Shown here: piece after piece, positions 1 to 12,400 of the stretch
How the letters are laid out: each line of letters begins with the position of its first letter
Position numbering within the stretch: position 1 is the first letter of the stretch
Assembly: GCA_964016885.1 (NCBI GenBank)
Contig: OZ024741.1
Span: forward strand, 247,566,001-247,630,000
Direction of reading: 5' to 3'
Source: Eledone cirrhosa
Lineage: Eukaryota
DNA: 64,000 bases
Translations under genes and position numbers: made by a program
Notes under the pieces: model-generated
What the model saw: the letters and a program-made list of their open reading frames with translations, nothing else
Database searches by the model: none
What the model was told of the DNA's origin: nothing

Positions 1-1
1 C

Positions 2-112
2 AAATTATCTCCCCCTGATTTTTTTTTACAAATTATCTCCCCCTGATTTTTTTTTACAAATTATCTCCCCCTGATTTTTTTTTACAAATTATCTCCCCCT
101 GATTTTTTTTAC
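2..112 (+). repeat. Example run of type-B monomers AAATTATCTCCCCCTGA(T)nAC
   Basis: Four consecutive units with T-tracts of 9, 9, 9 and 8. Confidence 0.97.
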
Positions 113-360
113 AAATTATCTCCCCTTGGCTGGCTGGAAATTATCTCCCCTTGGAGGCTGGAACTTATCTCCCCTTGGACGGCTGGAACTTATCTCCCCT
201 TGGACGGCTAGAAATTACCTCTCCTTGGACGGCTGGAAAATATGTCTCCTTGGACGGCTGGAAATTATCTCCCCTTGGACGGCTGGAAATTATCTCCCTT
301 GGACGGCTGGAAATTATCTCCCCTTGGATGGCTAGATATTACCTCCCCTTGGACGGCTGG
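113..360 (+). repeat. Example run of type-A monomers AAATTATCTCCCCTTGGACGGCTGG
   Basis: Ten consecutive 24-25 bp units with variant tails (GGCTGGCTGG, GGAGGCTGG, GGACGGCTAG, GGATGGCTAG). Confidence 0.97.
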
Positions 361-3300
361 AAATTATCTCCCCTTGATTTTTTTTAGAAATTATCTCCCC
401 CTGATTTTTTTTTACAAATTATCTCCCCCTGATTTTTTATTACAAATTATCTCCCCCTGATTTTTGTTTACAAATTATCTCCGCCTGATTTTTTTTTAAA
501 AATTATCTCCCCTTGGACGGCTGGAAATTATCTCCCCTTGGACGGTTAGAAATTACCTCTCCTTGGACGGCTGAAAATTATCTCCACTTGGACGGCTGGA
601 AATTATCTCCCCTTGATTTTTTTACAAATTATCTCCCCCTGATTTTTTTTTACAAATTATCTACCCCTGATTTTTTTTTACAAATTATCTACCCCTGATT
701 TTTTTTTACAAATTATCTCCCCCTGATTTTTTTTACAAATTATCTCCCTCTGATTTTTTTTTTACAAATTATCTCCCCCTGATTTTTTTACAATTTATCT
801 CCCCCTGATTTTTTTTACAAATTATCTCCGCCTGATTTTTTTAAATATTATCTCTCCTTGGCTGGCGGGAAATTATCTCCCCTTGGACGGCTGGAAATTA
901 TCTCCCCTTGGAAGGATGGAAATTATCTCCCCTTGGACGGCTGGAAATTATCTCCACTTGGACGGCTGGAAATTACCTCCCCTTGATTTTTTTACAAATT
1001 ATCTCCCCCTGATTTTTTTTTACAAATTATCTCCCCCTGATTTTTGTTTACAAATTATCTCCCCTTGGACGGCTGGAAATTATCTCCCCTTGGACGGCTA
1101 GAAATTACCTCTCCTTGGACGGCTGAAAATTATCTCCCCTTGGACGGCTGGAAATTATCTCCCCTTGATTTTTTTACAAATTATCTCCCCCTGATTTTTT
1201 TTTTACAAATTATCTCACCCTGATTTTTTTTATAAATTATCTACCCCTGATTTTTTTTTACAAATTATCTCCCCCTGATTTTTTTTACAAATTATCTCCC
1301 CCTGATTTTTTTTTTACAAATTATCTCCCCCTGATTTTTTTACAAATTATCTCCCCCTGATTTTTTTTACAAATTATCTCCGCCTGATTTTTTTAAATAT
1401 TATCTCTCCTTGGCTGGCGGGAAATTATCTCCCCTTGGACGGCTGGAAATTATCTCCCCTTGGAAGGATGGAAATTATCTCCCCTTGGACGGCTGGAAAT
1501 TATCTACCCCTGATTTTTTTTACAAATTATCTCCCCCTGATTTATTTTACAAATTATCTCCCCCTGATTTTTTTTTTTAAAATTATCTCCCCCTGATTTT
1601 TTTACAAATTATCTCCCCCTGATTTTTTTTACAAATTATCTCCGCCTGATTTTTTTAAATATTATCTTACCTTGGCTGGCGGGAAATTATCTCCCCTTGG
1701 ACGGCTGAAAATTATCTCCCCTTGGACGGCTGGAAATTATCTCCCCTTGGACGGCTGGAAATTATCTCCCCTTGGACGGCTAGAAATTATCTCTCCTTGG
1801 ACGGCTGAAAATTATCTCCCCTTGGACGGCTGCAAATTATCTCCCCTTGATTTTTTTTACAAATTATCTCCCCCTGATTTTTTTTACAAATTATCTCCCC
1901 CTGATTTTTTTTACAAATTATCTACCCCTGATTTTTTTTACAAATTATCTCCCCCTGATTTTTTTTTACAAATTATCTCCCTCTGATTTTTTTTTACAAA
2001 TTATCTCCCCCTGATTTTTTTTTTACAAATTATCTCCCCCTGATTTTTTTACAAATTATCTCCCCCTGATTTTTTTTACAATCTCCGCCTGATTTTTTTA
2101 AAAATTATCTTCCCTTGGCTGGCGGGAAATTATCTCCCCTTGGACGGCTGGAAATTATCTCCCCTTGGAAGGATGGAAATTATCTCCCCTTGGACGGCTG
2201 GAAATTATCTCCCCTTGCACGGCTGGAAATTATCTCCCCTTGGCTGGAAATTATCTCCCCTTGGACGGCTAGAAATTATCTCTCTTTGGACGGCTGGAAA
2301 TTATCTCCCTTTGATTTTTTTTACAAATTATCTCCCTCTGATTTTTTTTACAAATCTCCCCCTGATTTTTTAAAAAAAATTATCTCCCCTTCGCTGGCTG
2401 GAAATTATCTCCCCTTGGACACTGGAAATTATAGCCCCTTGGAGGGCTGGAAATTGTCTTCTCTTGGACGGCTGGAAATTATCTCCCCTTGATTTTTTTT
2501 ACAAATTATCTCCGCCTGATTTATTTTTTAAATTATCTCTCCTTGGACGGCTGGAAATTACCTCCCCTTGATTTTTTTTACAAATTATCTCCCCCTGATT
2601 TTTTTTACAAATTATCTCCCCCTGATTTTTTTTTACAACTTATCTGCGCCTGATTTTTTTTAAAAAATTATCTCCCCTTGGACGGCTGGAAATTATCTCC
2701 CCTTGGACGGCTGGAAATTATCTCTCCTTGGACGGCTAGAATTTACCTCTCCTTGGACGGCTGAAAATTATCTCCCCTTGGACGGCTGGAAATTACCTCC
2801 CCTTGATTTTTTTTACAAATTATCTCCCCCTGATTTTTTTTTACAAATTATCTCCCCCTGATTTTTGTTTACAAATTATCTCCCCTTGGACGGCTGGAAA
2901 TTATCTCCCCTTGGACCGCTAGAAATTACCTCTCCTTGGACGGCTGAAAATTATCTCCCCTTGGACGGCTGGAAATTATCTCCCCTTGATTTTTTTACAA
3001 ATTATCTCCCCCTGATTTTTTTTTTACAAATTATCTCACCCTGATTTTTTTTACAAATTATCTACCCCTGATTTTTTTTCACAAATTATCTCCCCCTGAT
3101 TTTTTTTACAAATTATCTCCCCCTGATTTTTTTTTTACAAATTATCTCCCCCTGATTTTTTTTACAAATTATCTCCGCCTGATTTTTTTAAATATTATCT
3201 CTCCTTGGCTGGCGGGAAATTATCTTCCCTTGGACGGCTGGAAATTATCTCCCCTTGGAAGGATGGAAATTATCTCCCCTTGGACGGCTGGAAATTATCT

Positions 3301-6300
3301 ACCCCTGATTTTTTTTACAAATTATCTCCCCCTGATTTATTTTACAAATTATCTCCCCCTGATTTTTTTTTTTAAAATTATCTCCCCCTGATTTTTTTAC
3401 AAATTATCTCCCCCTGATTTTTTTTACAAATTATCTCCGCCTGATTTTTTTAAATATTATCTTACCTTGGCTGGCGGGAAATTATCTCCCCTTGGACGGC
3501 TGAAAATTATCTCCCCTTGGACGGCTGGAAATTATCTCCCCTTGATTTTTTTTACAAATTATCTCCCCCTGATTTTTTTTTACAAATTATCTCCGCCTGA
3601 TTTTTAAAAAAAAATTATCTCCCCTTCGCTGGCTGGAAATTATCTCCCCTTGGACGCTGGAAATTATAGCCCCTTGGACGGCTGGAAATTATCTCCCTTT
3701 GGACGGCTGGAAATTATCTCCCCTTGGACGGCTAGAAATTATCTCTCCTTGGACGGCTGAAAATTATCTCCCCTTGGACGGCTGCAAATTATCTCCCCTT
3801 GATTTTTTTTACAAATTATCTCCCCCTGATTTTTTTTACAAATTATCTCCCCCTGATTTTTTTTACAAATTATCTACCCCTGATTTTTTTTACAAATTAT
3901 CTCCCCCTGATTTTTTTTTACAAATTATCTCCCTCTGATTTTTTTTTACAAATTATCTCCCCCTGATTTTTTTTTTACAAATTATCTCCCCCTGATTTTT
4001 TTACAAATTATCTCCCCCTGATTTTTTTTACAATCTCCGCCTGATTTTTTTAAAAATTATCTTCCCTTGGCTGGCGGGAAATTATCTCCCCTTGGACGGC
4101 TGGAAATTATCTCCCCTTGGAAGGATGGAAATTATCTCCCCTTGGACGGCTGGAAATTATCTCCCTTTGATTTTTTTTACAAATTATCTCCCTCTGATTT
4201 TTTTTACAAATCTCCCCCTGATTTTTTTAAAAAAATTATCTCCCCTTCGCTGGCTGGAAATTATCTCCCCTTGGACACTGGAAATTATAGCCCCTTGGAG
4301 GGCTGGAAATTATCTTCTCTTGGACGGCTGGAAATTATCTCCCCTTGATTTTTTTTACAAATTATCTCCGTCTGATTTTTTTTTTAAATTATCTCTCCTT
4401 GGACGGCTGGAAATTATCTCCCCTTGATTTTTTAAAAAATTATCTCCCCTTGGAAGGCTGGAAATTATCTCCCCTTGGCTGGAAATTATCTCCCCTTGGA
4501 CGGCTAGAAATTATCTCTCTTTGGACGGCTGGAAATTATCACCCCTTGAGTTTTTTTACAAATTATCTCCCCCTGATTTTTTTTACAAATCTCCCAGTGA
4601 TTTTTAAAAAAAAATTATCTCCCCTTCGCTGGCTGGAAATTATCTCCCCTTGGACGCTGGAAATTATAGCCCCTTGGAGGGCTGGAAATTATCTTCCCTT
4701 GGACGGCTGGAAATTATCTCCCCTTGATTTTTTTTACAAATTATCTCCCCCTGATTTTTTTTACAAATTATCTCCCCCTGATTTTTTTTTACAACTTATC
4801 TGCGCCTGATTTTTTTTAAAAAATTATCTCCCCTTGGACGGCTGGAAATTATCTCCCCTTGGACGGCTGGAAATTATCTCTCCTTGGACGGCTAGAATTT
4901 ACCTCTCCTTGGACGGCTGAAAATTATCTCCCCTTGGACGGCTGGAAATTACCTCCCCTTGATTTTTTTTACAAATTATCTCCCCCTGATTTTTTTTTAC
5001 AAATTATCTCCCCCTGATTTTTTTTTACAAATTATCTCCCCCTGATTTTTTTTTACAAATTATCTCCCCCTGATTTTTTTTACAAATTATCTCCCCTTGG
5101 CTGGCTGGAAATTATCTCCCCTTGGAGGCTGGAACTTATCTCCCCTTGGACGGCTGGAACTTATCTCCCCTTGGACGGCTAGAAATTACCTCTCCTTGGA
5201 CGGCTGGAAAATATGTCTCCTTGGACGGCTGGAAATTATCTCCCCTTGGACGGCTGGAAATTATCTCCCTTGGACGGCTGGAAATTATCTCCCCTTGGAT
5301 GGCTAGATATTACCTCCCCTTGGACGGCTGGAAATTATCTCCCCTTGATTTTTTTTAGAAATTATCTCCCCCTGATTTTTTTTTACAAATTATCTCCCCC
5401 TGATTTTTTATTACAAATTATCTCCCCCTGATTTTTGTTTACAAATTATCTCCGCCTGATTTTTTTTTAAAAATTATCTCCCCTTGGACGGCTGGAAATT
5501 ATCTCCCCTTGGACGGCTAGAAATTACCTCTCCTTGGACGGCTGAAAATTATCTCCACTTGGACGGCTGGAAATTATCTCCCCTTGATTTTTTTACAAAT
5601 TATCTCCCCCTGATTTTTTTTTACAAATTATCTACCCCTGATTTTTTTTTACAAATTATCTACCCCTGATTTTTTTTTACAAATTATCTCCCTCTGATTT
5701 TTTTTACAAATTATCTCCCTCTGATTTTTTTTTTACAAATTATCTCCCCCTGATTTTTTTACAAATTATCTCCCCCTGATTTTTTTTACAAATTATCTCC
5801 GCCTGATTTTTTTAAATATTATCTCTCCTTGGCTGGCGGGAAATTATCTCCCCTTGGACGGCTGGAAATTATCTCCCCTTGGAAGGATGGAAATTATCTC
5901 CCCTTGGACGGCTGGAAATTATCTACCCCTGATTTTTTTTACAAATTATCTCCCCCTGATTTTTTTTACAAATTATCTCCCCCTGATTTTTTTTTACAAA
6001 TTATCTACCCCTGATTTTTTTTACAAATTATCTCCCCCTGATTTTTTTTACAAATTATCTCCCCCTGATTTTTTTTTTACAAATTATCTCCCCCTGATTT
6101 TTTTACAAATTATCTCCCCCTGATTTTTTTTACAAATTATCTCCCCTTGGAGGCTGGAATTTATCTCCCCTTGGACGGCTAGAAATTACCTCTCCTTGGA
6201 CGGCTGGAAAATATGTCTCCTTGGACGGCTGGATATTATCTCCCCTTGGACGGCTGAAAATTATCTCCCCTTGGACGGCTGGAAATTATCTCCCCTTGAT

Positions 6301-6574
6301 TTTTTTTACAAATTATCTCCCCCTGATTTTTTTTTACAAATTATCTCCCCCTGATTTTTTTTACAAATTATCTCCCCCTGATTTTTTTTTACAAATTATC
6401 TGCCGCTGATTTTTTTTACAAATTATCTCCCCTTGGAGGCTGGAATTTATCTCCCCTTGGACGGCTAGAAATTACCTCTCCTTGGACGGCTGGAAAATAT
6501 GTCTCCTTGGACAGCTGGATATTATCTCCCCTTGGACGGCTGGAAATTATCTCCCCATGGACGGCTGGAAATTA

Positions 6575-8200
6575 TCTCCCCTTGGACGGCTAGAAATTAT
6601 CTCTCCTTGGACGGCTGAAAATTATCTCCCCTTGGACGGCTGCAAATTATCTCCCCTTGATTTTTTTTATAAATTATCTCCCCCTGATTTTTTTTACAAA
6701 TTATCTCCCCCTGATTTTTTTTACAAATTATCTACCCCTGATTTTTTTTACAAATTATCTCCCCCTGATTTTTTTTTACAAATTATCTACCTCTGATTTT
6801 TTTTTACAAATTATCTCCCCCTGATTTTTTTTTTACAAATTATCTTCCCCTGATTTTTTTACAAATTATCTCCCCCTGATTTTTTTTACAATCTCCGCCT
6901 GATTTTTTTAAAAATTATCTTCCCTTGGCTGGCGGGAAATTATCTCCCCTTGGACGGCTGGAAATTATCTCCCCTTGGAAGGATGGAAATTATCTCCCCT
7001 TGGACGGCTGGAAATTATCTCCCCTTGCACGGCTGGAAATTATCTCCCCTTGGCTGGAAATTATCTCCCCTTGGACGGCTAGAAATTATCTCTCTTTGGA
7101 CGGCTGGAAATTATCACCCCTTGAGTTTTTTACAAATTATCTCCCCCTGATTTTTTTTACAAATCTCCCAGTGATTTTTTAAAAAAATTATCTCCCCTTG
7201 GACGGCTGGAAATTATCTCCCCTTGGACGGCTGGAAATTATCTCGCCTTGGACAGCTAGAATTTACCTCTCCTTGGACGGCTGAAAATTATCTCCCCTTG
7301 GGCGGCTGGAAATTATCTCCCCTTGATTGTTTTTACAAATTATCTCCCCCTGATTTTTTTTACAAATTATCTCCCCCTGATTTTTTTTTACAAATTATCT
7401 GCCGCTGATTTTTTTTACAAATTATCTCCCCTTGGAGGCTGGAATTTATCTCCCCTTGGACGGCTAGAAATTACCTCTCCTTGGACGGCTGAAAATTATC
7501 TCCCCTTGGACGGCTGCAAATTATCTCCCCTTGATTTTTTTTATAAATTATCTTCCCCTGATTTTTTTTACAAATTATCTCCCCCTGATTTTTTTTACAA
7601 ATTATCTACCCCTGATTTTTTTTACAAATTATCTCCCCCTGATTTTTTTTTACAAATTATCTACCTCTGATTTTTTTTTACAAATTATCTCCCCCTGATT
7701 TTTTTTTTACAAATTATCTTCCCCTGATTTTTTTACAAATTATCTCCCCCTGATTTTTTTTACAATCTCCGCCTGATTTTTTTAAAAATTATCTTCCCTT
7801 GGCTGGCGGGAAATTATCTCCCCTTGGACGGCTGGAAATTATCTCCCCTTGGAAGGATGGAAATTATCTCCCCTTGGACGGCTGGAAATTATCTCCCCTT
7901 GCACGGCTGGAAATTATCTCCCCTTGGCTGGAAATTATCTCCCCTTGGACGGCTAGAAATTATCTCTCTTTGGACGGCTGGAAATTATCACCCCTTGAGT
8001 TTTTTACAATTTATCTCCCCCTGATTTTTTTTACAAATCTCCCAGTGATTTTTTAAAAAAATTATCTCCCCTTGGACGGCTGGAAATTATCTCCCCTTGG
8101 ACGGCTGGAAATTATCTCGCCTTGGACGGCTAGAATTTACCTCTCCTTGGACGGCTGAAAATTATCTCCCCTTGGACGGCTGGAAATTATCTCCCCTTGA
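6575..8200 (+). repeat. 874-bp tandem duplication (also present at ~34.0-35.6 kb and ~43.6-45.2 kb)
   Basis: ORF-track pairs 6925/7799, 6950/7824, 7223/8097, 34337/35211 and 43925/44799 all differ by 874. Confidence 0.85.
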
Positions 8201-8229
8201 TTTTTTTTACAAATTATCTCTGATTTTTT

Positions 8230-9450
8230 TTTACAAATTATCTCCCCCTGATTTTTTTTTACAAATTATCTCCCCCTGATTTTTTTTTACAAATTATCTC
8301 CCCCTGATTTTTTTTACAAATTATCTCCCCCCTGATTTTTTTACAAATTATCTCCCCTTGGCTGGCTGGAAATTATCTCCCCTTGGAGGCTGGAACTTAT
8401 CTCCCCTTGGACGGCTAGAAATTACCTCTCCTTGGACGGCTGGAAAATATGTCTCCTTGGACGGACGGATATTATCTCCCCTTGGACGGCTGGAAATTAT
8501 CTCCCCTTGGACGGCTGGAAATTATCTCCCCTTGGATGGCTAGATATTACCTCCCCTTGGACGGCTGGAAATTATCTCCCCTTGATTTTTTTTACAAATT
8601 ATCTCCCCCTGATTTTTTTTTACAAATTATCTCCCCCTGATTTTTTTTTAAAAATTATCTCCCCCTGATTTTTGTTTACAAATTATCTCCGCCTGATTTT
8701 TTTTAAAAAATTATCTACCCTTGGACGGCTGGAAATTATCTCCCCTTGGACGGCTGGAAATTATATCTCCTTGGACGGCTAGAATTTACCTCTCCTTGGA
8801 CGGCTGAAAATTATCTCCCCTTGGACGGCTGGAAATTATCTCCCCTTGATTTTTTTTACAAATTATCTCCCCCTGATTTTTTTTTACAAATTATCTCCCC
8901 CTGATTTTTTTTTACAAATTATCTCCCCCTGATTTTTTTTTACAAATTATCTCCCCCTGATTTTTTTACAAATTATCTCCCCTTGGCTGGCTGGAAATTA
9001 TCTCCCCTTGGAGGCTGGAACTTATCTCCCCTTGGACGGCTAGAAATTACCTCTCCTTGGACGGCTGGAAAATATGTCTCCTTGGACGGCTGGATATTAT
9101 CTCCCCTTGGACGGCTGGAAATTATCTCCCCTTGGACGGCTGGAAATTATCTCCCCTTGGATGGCTAGATATTACCTCCCCTTGGACGGCTGGAAATTAT
9201 CTCCCTTTGATTTTTTTTACAAATTATCTCCCCCTGATTTTTTTTTACAAATTATCTCCCCCTGATTTTTTTTTACAAATTATCTCCCCCTGATTTTTAT
9301 TTACAAATTATCTCCGCCTGATTTTTTTTAAAAAATTATCTCCCCTTGGACGGCTGGAAATTATCTCCCCTTGGACGGCTAGAAATTACCTCTCCTTGGA
9401 CGGCTGAAAATTATCTCCCCTTGGACGGCTGGAAATTATCTCCCCTTGAT
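8230..9450 (+). repeat. ~625-bp tandem duplication
   Basis: Pairs 8358/8983, 8432/9057 and 8449/9074 differ by 625 and share the AAAATATGTCTCC and GGATGGCTAGATATTAC variants. Confidence 0.8.
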
Positions 9451-12400
9451 TTTTTTACAAATTATCTCCCCCGATTTTTTTTTTATAAATTATCTCCCCC
9501 TGATTTTTTTTTACAAATTATCTACCCCTGATTTTTTTTTACAAATTATCTCCCCCTGATTTTTTTTACAAATTATCTCCCCCTGATTTTTTTTTTACAA
9601 ATTATCTCCCCCTGATTTTTTTACAAATTATCTCCCCCTGATTTTTTTTACAAATTATCTCCGCCTGATTTTTTTAAATATTATCTCTCCTTGGCTGGCG
9701 GGAAATTATCTCCCCTTGGACGGCTGGAAATTATCTCCCCTTGGAAGGATGGAAATTATCTCCCCTTGGACGGCTGGAAATTATCTACCCCTGATTTTTT
9801 TTACAAATTATCTCCCCCTGATTTTTTTTACAAATTATCTCCCCCTGATTTTTTTTACAAATTATCTACCCCTGATTTTTTTTACAAATTATCTCCCCCT
9901 GATTTTTTTTACAAATTATCTCCCCCTGATTTTTTTTTTACAAATTATCTCCCCCTGATTTTTTTACAAATTATCTCCCCCTGATTTTTTTTACAAATTA
10001 CCTCCGCCTGATTTTTTTAATTATTATCTTCCCTTGGCTGGCGGGAAATTATCTCCCCTTGGACGGCTGAAAATTATCTCCCCTTGGACGGCTGGAAATT
10101 ATCTCCCCTTGAATTTTTTACAAATTATCTCCCCCTGATTTTTTTTTTACAAATTATCTCACCCTGATTTTTTTTACAAATTATCTACCCCTGATTTTTT
10201 TTTACAAATTATCTCCCCCTGATTTTTTTTAAAAATTATCTCCCTCTGATTTTTTTTTTACAAATTATCTCCCCCTGATTTTTTTACAAATTATCTCCCC
10301 CTGATTTTTTTTACAAATTATCTCCGCCTGATTTTTTTAAATATTATCTCTCCTTGGCTGGCGGGAAATTATCTCCCCTTGGACGGCTGGAAATTATCTC
10401 CCCTTGGAAGGATGGAAATTATCTCCCCTTGGACGGCTGGAAATTATCTCCCCTTGATTTTTTTTACAAATTATCTCCCCCTGATTTTTTTTTACAAATT
10501 ATCTCCGCCTGATTTTTAAAAAAAAATTATCTCCCCTTCGCTGGCTGGAAATTATCTCCCCTTGGACGCTGGAAATTATAGCCCCTTGGAGGGCTGGAAA
10601 TTATCTTCCCTTGGACGGCTGTAAATTATCTCCCCTTGATTTTTTTTACAAATTATCTCCCCCTGATTTTTTTTTACAAATTATCTCCCCCTGATTTTTT
10701 TTTACAAATTATCTCCCCCTGATTTTTTTTTTACAAATTATCTCCGCCTGATTTTTTTAAAAAAATTATCTCCCCTTGGACGGCTGGAAATTATCTCCCT
10801 TTGGACGGCTGGAAATTATCTCCCCTTGGACGGCTAGAAATTATCTCTCCTTGGACGGCTGAAAATTATCTCCCCTTGGACGGCTGCAAATTATCTCCCC
10901 TTGATTTTTTTTACAAATTATCTCCCCCTGATTTTTTTTACAAATTATCTCACCCTGATTTTTTTTACAAATTATCTACCTCTGATTTTTTTTACAAATT
11001 ATCTCCCCCTGATTTTTTTTTACAAATTATCTCCCTCTGATTTTTTTTTACAAATTATCTCCCCCTGATTTTTTTTTTACAAATTATCTCCCCCTGATTT
11101 TTTTACAAATTATCTCCCCCTGATTTTTTTTACAATCTCCGCCTGATTTTTTTAAAAATTATCTTCCCTTGGCTGGCGTGAAATTATCTCCCCTTGGACG
11201 GCTGGAAATTATCTCCCCTTGGAAGGATGGAAATTATCTCCCCTTGGACGGCTGGAAATTATCTCCCTTTGATTTTTTTTACAAATTATCTCCCTCTGAT
11301 TTTTTTTACAAATCTCCCCCTGATTTTTTTAAAAAAATTATCTCCCCTTCGCTGGCTGGAAATTATCTCCCCTTGGACACTGGAAATTATAGCCCCTTGG
11401 AGGGCTGGAAATTATCTTCTCTTGGACGGCTGGAAATTATCTCCCCTTGATTTTTTTTACAAATTATCTCCGCCTGATTTTTTTTTTAAATTATCTCTCC
11501 TTGGACGGCTGGAAATTATCTCCCCTTGATTTTTTAAAAAATTATCTCCCCTTGGAAGGCTGGAAATTATGTCCCCTTGGCTGGAAATTATCTCCCCTTG
11601 GACGGCTAGAAATTATCTCTCTTTGGACGGCTGGAAATTATCACCCCTTGAGTTTTTTTACAAATTATCTCCCCCTGATTTTTTTTACAAATCTCCCAGT
11701 GATTTTTTAAAAAAAATTATCTCCCCTTCGCTGGCTGGAAATTATCTCCCCTTGGACGCTGGAAATTATAGCCCCTTGGAGGGCTGGAAATTATCTTTCC
11801 TTGGACGGCTGGAAATTATCTCCCCTTGATTTTTTTTACAAATTATCTCCCCCTGATTTTTTTTACAAATTATCTCCCCCTGATTTTTTTTTACAAATTA
11901 TCTGCGCCTGATTTTTTTTAAAAAATTATCTCCCCTTGGACGGCTGGAAATTATCTCCCCTTGGACGGCTGGAAATTATCTCTCCTTGGACGGCTAGAAT
12001 TTACCTCTCCTTGGACGGCTGAAAATTATCTCCCCTTGGACGGCTGGAAATTACCTCCCCTTGATTTTTTTTACAAATTATCTCCCCCTGATTTTTTTTT
12101 ACAAATTATCTCCCCCTGATTTTTTTTTACAAATTATCTCCCCCTGATTTTTTTTTACAAATTATCTCCCCCTGATTTTTTTTACAAATTATCTCCCCTT
12201 GGCTGGCTGGAAATTATCTCCCCTTGGAGGCTGGAACTTATCTCTCCTTGGACGGCTAGAAATTACCTCTCCTTGGACGGCTGGAAAATATGTCTCCTTG
12301 GACGGCTGGAAATTATCTCCCCTTGGACGGCTGGAAATTATCTCCCTTGGACGGCTGGAAATTATCTCCCCTTGGATGGCTAGATATTACGTCCCCTTGG

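Larger units (their letters stand above)
1..945 (+). repeat. Block repeated at ~4,972-5,915 (offset 4,971)
   Basis: Identical ORF-track entries at 126/5097, 151/5122, 242/5213 and 513/5484, with the same order of variant monomers. Confidence 0.85.

Noticed and set aside
10-30. T-tracts as Rho-independent or Pol III terminators, or retroposon poly(A) tails
   Set aside because: No GC-rich hairpin precedes them, and there is no tRNA/SINE body or target-site duplication. They are integral to monomer B.
136-150. GGAAATTATCTCCCC as an NF-kB/Rel site
   Set aside because: It has GGAAA and TCCCC half-site-like ends, but the spacing does not fit the 10-11 bp GGGRNWYYCC consensus.
861-868. GCTGGCGG resembling the E. 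coli Chi site GCTGGTGG
   Set aside because: One mismatch, Chi is specific to RecBCD, and nothing suggests a bacterial context.
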